Positions 36,914 to 44,188 of a DNA stretch of 46,205 nt are shown here, piece by piece (the first letter of the stretch is position 1; every line of letters starts with the position of its first letter). Both the position numbers and the translations under genes were made by a program. The notes below the pieces were generated by a model. It was not told where the DNA came from. It was given only the letters and a program-made list of their open reading frames with translations, and did no database searches. Origin of the DNA: Flammeovirgaceae bacterium (GTDB lineage: Bacteria; Bacteroidota; Bacteroidia; Cytophagales; MED-G16). The stretch lies in the NCBI GenBank assembly GCA_038113315.1, contig JAYNOQ010000003.1, forward strand, positions 1 to 46,205, given 5' to 3'.

Positions 36914-39178
36914 CTATTTATTTAAAATTTTTCTGATTTCTAAGCAAACAGTATCAACATTTTCTTTTGTAAAGCAAATTGGAGGTTTTGTTTTAATGAC
37001 GTTATTAAACGGACCATCAGAACCTACAAGAATATATTTTTTTCTTAGTTCATTTTTTAATTTTTGAGCAAGTACAGTATTAGGTTTTTTAGAATTTTTT
37101 TCAACAATTTCTATTCCTAAAAATAACCCGGCTCCTCTAACATCACCAATACAACTAAACTCCTTTTTTAAAATATTAAGTTGTTTCAAATAATAATCTC
37201 CAACATACTTTGCATTATTTTGAAGATTCTCTTCTTCTATAACATCTAATACAGCTAGACCTGCTGCACATGATACAGGATTTCCGCCAAAAGAACTAAA
37301 AAATTCTACGCCCCTTTCAAATGATTTAGAAATTTCATCAGTTGTTATTACCGCTCCAATAGGGTGTCCATTACCCATTGGTTTACCTAATATTACTAGA
37401 TCGGGAACAACATTATGCATCTCAAATCCCCAAAAATATTTACCTAATCTTCCAAAACCCGTTTGAACTTCATCACTTATGCATACCCCTCCTTTTTTTC
37501 TAATATTTTTATAAATTATTTTCAAGTAGTCTTTTGGTAATGGTACCTGCCCACCACAGCCCAAGATAGGCTCTGAAATAAATGCAGCAATATTATTTAT
37601 TTTTTTTGAAGCATCATTTGCGTACTTTTTTCCTATATTTTTAACAGATTTTGGATAAATACTTCTAAATGTATTAGGCATAGGAATCTCTTCTATATAG
37701 TCCTTAATACCCTGACCTCTCTTATTGCTATATTTATAGTGACTAATATCTGTACCTCTTTGAGTATGACCATGATATCCATTTTCAACAACCATTATTT
37801 TTTTATTTTTTGAATGAGATAATGCAATTTTAATTGCTAGATCACTTGCTTCACTTCCGGAGTTAACAAAATATATTTTATTTAACTTTTTAGGGAATTT
37901 ATTTAATAGCCTATTTCCATACTCAAATAGTTTATCATAAATATATCTCGTGTTTGTATTTAGTTTTTTTATCTGTCTAGAAATTGCATAATTGACTTTA
38001 GGATGAGCATGACCAACGAGAGGTATATTATTATATGCATCTAAGAAAGCATTACCTTTATTATCAAACATATATTGAAAGGCTGATCTTTTGAAAATAA
38101 TAGGGTTCTTGTAGCTGACTGAAAAAATTTGACTTAATATAGAATTTCTATCCTTTAAGTATTTACTAACCTTTTTACTTTTTTTTTTCTTTTTGTTTAA
38201 TGTCTTTCTAAATATATTTTCAACATGATCTGGACTAGTCCTAACTAAAAAATATAACATATTCCAAGCTTTCTTTTCTGAAATTAAAGCATACTTATTT
38301 TTAGGGTTTTTAGCTCTTGAAAATGCAGAATTACAAACACTTATACATAATTTAGCAGCCATTAAATAATAGAGTAGAAATATTTCTGTATTAGTTAATT
38401 TTATTACTTTATTATATGATTTTAAAATAATTGAAGCATTTTCCAAAGGGTTTTCATTAGAGTATGATGCATAAACCATAGCTATCGCTACCTCATTTAC
38501 CAATTGAGTTTTTGCTAAATCTCCAAAATCTATAATGGCTAATTCTTTATTTTTTTTTAATAATATATTCCACTCATTTGTGTCATTATGAATTATAGAA
38601 GTGCGAAGTTTATCTAATTGAGGAAAAACAAATTCTTCAAACTGTTGAAAAAAAAATAATACTATTTTTCTATTACTTGGTTCAGGAATATATTTAAGAT
38701 ACTTTTTATTTAAACTTAAATTTTGAATATCCCATGGCCATTTTCTAGATGCAATAGAATCATTAGAATAATTTTTGAGTTCTTTGCTAAGATTTCCAAT
38801 AAATCTTCCAACCTTTTTTAAATCTTGTCTTTTAAGATCTAATTCACCTAAAAAAACTCCATCCAGATAAGATAATAACCTAACTATGTACTTTTTACTT
38901 TTTATTTTAACTATAACAAAAGAATCCTTATTTGTAGTATAAATTGGTGATGGGTAAGATGATTTATTACGTTTTCTTAAATACTCTAAACAGTTATTTT
39001 CTGCTTTAACTAATGATAGATTTTCATTAGAAAAAGGATATTTTTTTAATATGTAATTTGATTCGTTTTTACAATGAACTAAAAAATTTTCTGTATCATA
39101 ACCATTTAACTTCTTTAGATTGTTTACATCTAAGTCATAATGATTATAAATTAATTTTTTTAATTGTATTGTTTCCAT
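36914..39178 (-). CDS. bifunctional fusion: APH-type small-molecule kinase (hydroxylysine-kinase-like) plus class-III PLP aminotransferase-fold enzyme (AGXT2L/phospho-lyase-like)
   Basis: 754 aa. The N-terminal ~330 aa carry the APH/choline-kinase catalytic loop [13 protein letters not shown] and IDFGD. A Lys-rich linker KKKKKSKK follows. The C-terminal ~410 aa carry the class-III aminotransferase motifs [22 protein letters not shown] and [14 protein letters not shown] (PLP lysine). Confidence 0.75.
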   Translation of the reverse strand: METIQLKKLIYNHYDLDVNNLKKLNGYDTENFLVHCKNESNYILKKYPFSNENLSLVKAENNCLEYLRKRNKSSYPSPIYTTNKDSFVIVKIKSKKYIVRLLSYLDGVFLGELDLKRQDLKKVGRFIGNLSKELKNYSNDSIASRKWPWDIQNLSLNKKYLKYIPEPSNRKIVLFFFQQFEEFVFPQLDKLRTSIIHNDTNEWNILLKKNKELAIIDFGDLAKTQLVNEVAIAMVYASYSNENPLENASIILKSYNKVIKLTNTEIFLLYYLMAAKLCISVCNSAFSRAKNPKNKYALISEKKAWNMLYFLVRTSPDHVENIFRKTLNKKKKKSKKVSKYLKDRNSILSQIFSVSYKNPIIFKRSAFQYMFDNKGNAFLDAYNNIPLVGHAHPKVNYAISRQIKKLNTNTRYIYDKLFEYGNRLLNKFPKKLNKIYFVNSGSEASDLAIKIALSHSKNKKIMVVENGYHGHTQRGTDISHYKYSNKRGQGIKDYIEEIPMPNTFRSIYPKSVKNIGKKYANDASKKINNIAAFISEPILGCGGQVPLPKDYLKIIYKNIRKKGGVCISDEVQTGFGRLGKYFWGFEMHNVVPDLVILGKPMGNGHPIGAVITTDEISKSFERGVEFFSSFGGNPVSCAAGLAVLDVIEEENLQNNAKYVGDYYLKQLNILKKEFSCIGDVRGAGLFLGIEIVEKNSKKPNTVLAQKLKNELRKKYILVGSDGPFNNVIKTKPPICFTKENVDTVCLEIRKILNK

Positions 39179-39594
39179 ACTGCCGTTGATCCATCTTTTC
39201 TAACATAAAGAACATCATATTCGGCTTTTTCATTTATTGTTTCCATACCAGGTACATTAATTCCTGCTGGCATTCCAGGAACAGTAAGCCCAGCAATATC
39301 TGGTTGTTTCTCAAGTAATTCTTTTATATCAGATGCTGGTACATGACCTTCAATAAAATATGATCCAATTATACCTGTATGACATGAAGTATTTTTTTGA
39401 GATATTTTATATTGAGTTTTAATTGACCTCATATTGTTTTCATAAATAGACTCAACTTCAAAACCGTTGTTTTCTAGATGAGAAACCCATTTTTTGCAAC
39501 ATCCGCACGTTGGTGACATATATACAGCAACTTTATTTTTTGAAGCGCCACATGATAAGGTAATAAATGATAGTATTAATATTAAGTATTTCAT
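39160..39594 (-). CDS. DUF411 (CopG-like) periplasmic metal-binding lipoprotein
   Basis: 144 aa with a lipoprotein signal (ITLSC). Motifs CGCCKKW, CHTG and EGHVPA are typical of DUF411. Its 3' end overlaps the start of the kinase-aminotransferase gene by 19 nt. Confidence 0.7.
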   Translation of the reverse strand: MKYLILILSFITLSCGASKNKVAVYMSPTCGCCKKWVSHLENNGFEVESIYENNMRSIKTQYKISQKNTSCHTGIIGSYFIEGHVPASDIKELLEKQPDIAGLTVPGMPAGINVPGMETINEKAEYDVLYVRKDGSTAVWKQYN

Positions 39595-39658
39595 ATCTGT
39601 AATCTAATATATAACTTTAAAAAGTTAAATATCATTAGTGAAATAAATTAAATTTTCT

Positions 39659-41041
39659 TTGAAAAAGTATTTAGCAAATAGAATGAGTTTTTTGTTGATA
39701 TTTTTAGCTCTATCAACTCTATCTTGTATAAAAGAAAATATTCAAATTATCTCTGATCAAGAAGAATTAAATAATATTATTAATTCATTTGAAGAATATA
39801 TATATGAAAATGATCATTCGTCAGATTATATATATGATCAAAACAAATTGCACAGATTTGATCTTTTCTTAACACAAGAAAATTTGGATGAAATCAATAA
39901 TAATCCTGCAGCTGAAAATTATGTTGAAGGATCACTGGTTTTTGAAGGAAAAGTAATTAAAAATGTCGGAATCAGATACAAAGGATCAATAGGTGCATGG
40001 GTAGGTTGCCTATCAAATGAAGACTGGACAAATCCTAGTGGTTATAAAACTTGTCCTAAACTCTCCATGAAAATCAAAATAAATTGGAAAGGAGATAATA
40101 AATTTTATGGTATGAAAAAGCTTCAATTTCATTCTCAAAATCTTGATAAATCAAAAATGCACGAAAGGTTAGGGTATTATATGTTTAGAAATTTTGGTAT
40201 TACAGCTCCAAGATCAAACCATGCTTTACTATATATCAATGGAGAATTTAACGGTGTTTTTGCAAATACTGAAAATGTTGATGGGCCTTTTACTAATAAA
40301 CACTTTAATAATCCAGATGGCAACTTATATAAAGAAGTTTGGCCTGTAAAAAGTTCAGGGGAAAAAAGAGACGAAAATTATTTTATTGATGGATTAAAAA
40401 CAAATGAAGAAGTATCTGATGTAACAAAAATTAAAAGGTTTTCTGACCAACTAGGATCAGTAAATAAATCTGATGCGAATGAAATAGTTGAAGGTTGGAT
40501 AGATAAAGATCTTTTTCTGAAAACTATTTTAGTTGACAGAAGAATTGCTAATGATGATGGCTTTATGCATTTTTATCACGAAGAAGGTTTAAATTATGAA
40601 AATCATAACTATTATTGGTATGAAAACCCAAATGATGACAAATTACAACTTATACCTTGGGATTTAGATAACTCTTTTGAAAACTTGATATCAAACCTTA
40701 ACCCTGTTACACCTATAAAGGATAAATGGTATGAAACTACAAATAATTGTAATGGATTTAGATATGGATCATTTAATCTATTACAAAAATCTGCTGCATG
40801 TGACAAAATAATTGGTTCATTTTCAAGTTATAGAAAAGATTACGATAGTTTAGATGTTATTTTTCAAAATCAACTCTTTAACATGTCAAATATTAATACT
40901 CTTTTAGACTCATGGTATAATCAAATTAAAAATGCTGTAGAAGAAGCACATTCTATTCATGGAGATAAAGAACCAAGTATCCAAGAATGGAATGATAATA
41001 TTAACTATTTAAAGTATTCCATTGATCAATCATTAAATTAA
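39659..41041 (+). CDS. CotH family protein (atypical kinase fold), lipoprotein
   Basis: 460 aa. It has a TTG start that gives a proper K/R-containing signal, followed by LSTLSC. MHERLGYYMFRNFGITAPRSNHALLYINGEFNGVFANTENVDG and the later YYWYENP...IPWDLDNSF match the CotH core. Confidence 0.7.
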   Translation: MKKYLANRMSFLLIFLALSTLSCIKENIQIISDQEELNNIINSFEEYIYENDHSSDYIYDQNKLHRFDLFLTQENLDEINNNPAAENYVEGSLVFEGKVIKNVGIRYKGSIGAWVGCLSNEDWTNPSGYKTCPKLSMKIKINWKGDNKFYGMKKLQFHSQNLDKSKMHERLGYYMFRNFGITAPRSNHALLYINGEFNGVFANTENVDGPFTNKHFNNPDGNLYKEVWPVKSSGEKRDENYFIDGLKTNEEVSDVTKIKRFSDQLGSVNKSDANEIVEGWIDKDLFLKTILVDRRIANDDGFMHFYHEEGLNYENHNYYWYENPNDDKLQLIPWDLDNSFENLISNLNPVTPIKDKWYETTNNCNGFRYGSFNLLQKSAACDKIIGSFSSYRKDYDSLDVIFQNQLFNMSNINTLLDSWYNQIKNAVEEAHSIHGDKEPSIQEWNDNINYLKYSIDQSLN

Positions 41042-41047
41042 AAAATT

Positions 41048-41563
41048 ATGAGAAAGCATGTGTTAATTATTTCATCGTTATTTCTGTTTTCATGTGAAGA
41101 AGGAGATATTCAACAAAATACGAGTATGGGTTTAATTATAAATGAGTTTTTAGCCAGTAATGATTCATGTTGTTCTGATGAGTCAAATGATTATGATGAT
41201 TGGGTTGAAATTTATAATGACACATCAGATCCTATCGATATTGGAGGTATGTATTTTACTGATACTCCAGATGATGATAATCCTTATCAAATACCAAATA
41301 CTGATCCTTCAGTTACTACTATTCCATCAAAGGGATATTTAGTTATTTGGTGTGATGATGATCAAGAGCAAGGACCTCTACATGTAAGTAAAAAGTTAAA
41401 GAAAAGTGGTGAATCAATAATACTATTATCATCAGATAAAATTACCGTCATTGACTCATATACATATTCTGAACAAACTACAGATATTTCGATGGGAAGA
41501 GACCCAAATAATGTAAACAATTGGATCTTTTTTGATAATCCAACTCCTGGTTTTAAGAATTAA
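41048..41563 (+). CDS. lamin-tail-domain (LTD) lipoprotein
   Basis: 171 aa with a lipoprotein signal (LFSC). LIINEFLASND...DDWVEIYNDTSDPIDIGGMYFTD...GYLVIWCD is the classic LTD pattern. Confidence 0.65.
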   Translation: MRKHVLIISSLFLFSCEEGDIQQNTSMGLIINEFLASNDSCCSDESNDYDDWVEIYNDTSDPIDIGGMYFTDTPDDDNPYQIPNTDPSVTTIPSKGYLVIWCDDDQEQGPLHVSKKLKKSGESIILLSSDKITVIDSYTYSEQTTDISMGRDPNNVNNWIFFDNPTPGFKN

Positions 41564-41564
41564 T

Positions 41565-42665
41565 TTAGGCTATTTGCAAAGGTTTTTTAGCCATAGATTT
41601 TAAAAATAAGAAGTGTGATTTTAATGCTTCTCTAGTTGTTCTATATTCATTATAAGGTAAATTGAATTCCTTAGCTGTTTTTTTAACTATTTCAGATAAC
41701 TTTTTATAATGAATATGGGATATGTTAGGAAATAAATGATGCTCAACCTGAAAATTTAAACCACCTGAAAACCAGTTCATTATTTTATTTTTAGTTGAAA
41801 AGTTTGAAGTTGTAAATAACTGATGAATTGCCCATGTGTTTTTCATTCCTAATTCTTTTGTGGGTAAAGGCATTTTTACTTTTTCAACAATATGAGCTAA
41901 CTGAAAAATAGTACTTAAAATTATTCCAGCTGTATAATGCATTATAAAAAATCCAATAAGTATTTTCCACCAAGCTAAATCTAAAATTAATATCGGTAAC
42001 ACAATCCATATCGAGTAATAGAGAATTTTAGTAATAATAAGATTTATCCATTGTTTAGTAGGATTAACAAATTTTTTAAATGATAATTTTCTTTTAATAT
42101 ATCTTCTAGTTTGAAAATAATCAGTAATTATTGCCCAATTAATTGTCATTAATCCATATAAGAGAAAAGAATAAAAGTGTTGGAATCTGTGATGAGGCTT
42201 CCATTTACTATGTTCACTAAATCTTAAAATTCTCCCAGCATCTAAGTCTTCATCATGACCATGAATATTAGTGTAAGTATGATGAAGCACATTATGTTGT
42301 ATTTGCCAGTTATATGCATTTCCAGCTAATATATATATACTACTACCCATTATTTTATTTACCCACTTTTTACTTGAAAAAACACCATGATTACCATCAT
42401 GCATAATGTTCATTCCAACTCCAGCCATTCCAATACCTGTAACCATTATTAGTCCCAGACATATCCACTGGTTAAAATCAAAAAACATTATTAGAAAGTA
42501 GGGTATTGCAAATATTCCAAAAATGATTAATGATTTGGTATAAAGTTTCCAATTCCCAGTTTTTTTAATTTGATTCTCTTTAAAGTAATTATTTACTCTA
42601 GAGTTTAAAGTTTTGAAAAACTTTTTTGGATCTTTTTTTGAAAATTTAGGAAATAGGTTAGTCAT
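41565..42665 (-). CDS. membrane fatty-acid desaturase (front-end/DesD-like, three His boxes)
   Basis: His boxes are HDGNHG, HNVLHH and QVEHHLFP (Q-x-x-H-H type). There are four transmembrane segments and no cytochrome b5 domain. I set the start at the ATG at 42665 (MTNLFPKF...). The ORF-track start at 42770 would add 35 low-complexity residues and overlap the divergent gene. Confidence 0.8.
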   Translation of the reverse strand: MTNLFPKFSKKDPKKFFKTLNSRVNNYFKENQIKKTGNWKLYTKSLIIFGIFAIPYFLIMFFDFNQWICLGLIMVTGIGMAGVGMNIMHDGNHGVFSSKKWVNKIMGSSIYILAGNAYNWQIQHNVLHHTYTNIHGHDEDLDAGRILRFSEHSKWKPHHRFQHFYSFLLYGLMTINWAIITDYFQTRRYIKRKLSFKKFVNPTKQWINLIITKILYYSIWIVLPILILDLAWWKILIGFFIMHYTAGIILSTIFQLAHIVEKVKMPLPTKELGMKNTWAIHQLFTTSNFSTKNKIMNWFSGGLNFQVEHHLFPNISHIHYKKLSEIVKKTAKEFNLPYNEYRTTREALKSHFLFLKSMAKKPLQIA

Positions 42666-42743
42666 AATCTTTATTAAAATAAATTCTATACTAATTAAAT
42701 AAAGAATTATCTTAATAAATACTTTTTCTATAATAAAATTTAA

Positions 42744-43373
42744 ATGAGAGATTATAACTTCAAGCTCCATTGGAATACAGCATATAAAAATTCTGTGAAA
42801 GAAAATTTAGGTTGGTTTGAAGATGATATATCTGAGACATTTAAATTCATTGAAAAATGTAATTTATCTAAGTCTTCTATAATTTTTAATGCAGGTGCAG
42901 GCGAATCCTTACTTATAAAAAAATTACAAAAAGATGGTTACTCAAATATTATAATTAATGATATATCTGATGTTGCAATTGAAAAATTAAAATCATCTCT
43001 TAATTCACTTGATGGACTTAATTTCATAATTGATGATTTAACTAATCCAAACAAATTACTAAAAATAGAAGATGTTGATTTATGGCATGATAGAGCAGTT
43101 TTACACTTTTTTATTAATTTGAATCAACAAAAAACTTATTTTAATTTACTTAAAAGAAAGGTTAAAAGTGGAGGGTATGTAATTTTCTCGCAGTTTGCAC
43201 TTGATGGAGCAAAAAAATGTTGTGGTTTAGATATTTTAAACTATGATAATAATATGTTTCAAGATAATCTAGGAGATAACTTTAAACTTATTGATACTTA
43301 TAATTATTTATATACTCATCCCTCAAATGGAAATACTAGAAAGTATATTTATAGTTTATTTAAAAGGAAATAA
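42744..43373 (+). CDS. class I SAM-dependent methyltransferase
   Basis: 209 aa. The motif I-like IFNAGAGESLL, an acidic residue at the end of beta-2 (INDIS) and DRAVLHF (motif IV-like) are present. It is transcribed divergently from the desaturase gene. Confidence 0.6.
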   Translation: MRDYNFKLHWNTAYKNSVKENLGWFEDDISETFKFIEKCNLSKSSIIFNAGAGESLLIKKLQKDGYSNIIINDISDVAIEKLKSSLNSLDGLNFIIDDLTNPNKLLKIEDVDLWHDRAVLHFFINLNQQKTYFNLLKRKVKSGGYVIFSQFALDGAKKCCGLDILNYDNNMFQDNLGDNFKLIDTYNYLYTHPSNGNTRKYIYSLFKRK

Positions 43374-43416
43374 AATATACTATTCTATTTTAATGGAATA
43401 TATGTAGATTGAAATT

Positions 43417-44184
43417 ATGAAAAGGTTAATTGTTTTGATATTTCTAATTTCTTGCTCTAAAAATAATATAATTAAACCTGAAGAATGCGATGAAAATTAT
43501 GATCCCCCATTTGGTGGAACAATATTTATTGATCCAGATATTATAACCGAGGAAGACCCAACAACACTTGTTAGTTTGTCATATGCTGGAACTGGTATGA
43601 GGCAAATGTACGATAGAAGATCTGGTTGGGTTACTTTAGAGCCATTTCTTTTTCCAGCTGAGTATGATGATGGTCTTTCAATTGAAATTCAAGTAAATCC
43701 AGAATTCGGTTCAAGAGAAAATGCAGAAATTTTTGCACTTAAGTATGCAGAGGTAATAGGAAGATTAACTACTGAATTACGAAAAGATGTTAAAACATCA
43801 TGGATACACAAAGGAGATGAGCCATTTGGTGGAGGAAATAATAATCTTTTAATTCATACTGATTGGTCTGAAAAAAATTATGAAAATCAGGGTATTCTTG
43901 AAGAAACATTAGTTCATGAAGCAGCTCATACTTCATTAGATTCGTATCATGCTGAGTCAAAAAATTGGTTAGATGCTCAAAATCGTGATTGTGAATTTAT
44001 TTCCACATATGCAAGAGATAATCCAATTAGAGAAGATATTGCTGAAAGTTATTTACCTTATCTTGCAATTAGATATAGGTCAGATAGAATTTCAGATAAC
44101 CTAAAAAAAAGAATAGAAGATGCAATTCCTAATAGAATTAAATATTTTGATGAGCAAAAATTTAATATGTACCCAATTCAATAA
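43417..44184 (+). CDS. hypothetical lipoprotein with HExxH zincin-like motif
   Basis: 255 aa with a lipoprotein signal (FLISC). TLVHEAAHTSLD contains H-E-x-x-H. I recognise no family. Confidence 0.4.
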   Translation: MKRLIVLIFLISCSKNNIIKPEECDENYDPPFGGTIFIDPDIITEEDPTTLVSLSYAGTGMRQMYDRRSGWVTLEPFLFPAEYDDGLSIEIQVNPEFGSRENAEIFALKYAEVIGRLTTELRKDVKTSWIHKGDEPFGGGNNNLLIHTDWSEKNYENQGILEETLVHEAAHTSLDSYHAESKNWLDAQNRDCEFISTYARDNPIREDIAESYLPYLAIRYRSDRISDNLKKRIEDAIPNRIKYFDEQKFNMYPIQ

Positions 44185-44188
44185 TTAA

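Noticed and set aside
38179-38188. A10 (T10 on the + strand) homopolymer in the interdomain linker of the kinase-aminotransferase fusion, as a possible slippage or phase-variation switch that would uncouple the domains
   Set aside because: Runs of 8-10 A/T are common throughout this AT-rich window (for example 20811..20820, 4505..4513, 10146..10153). The run simply encodes the poly-Lys linker, and there is no evidence of variation from a single sequence.
42666-42770. 35-residue N-terminal extension of the desaturase (MELEVIISHLNFIIEKVFIKIILYL...)
   Set aside because: The sequence is low-complexity and AT-driven, and it would overlap the divergent methyltransferase start at 42744. The internal ATG at 42665 gives an N-terminus (MTNLFPKFSKKDPKKFF) typical of this desaturase family.
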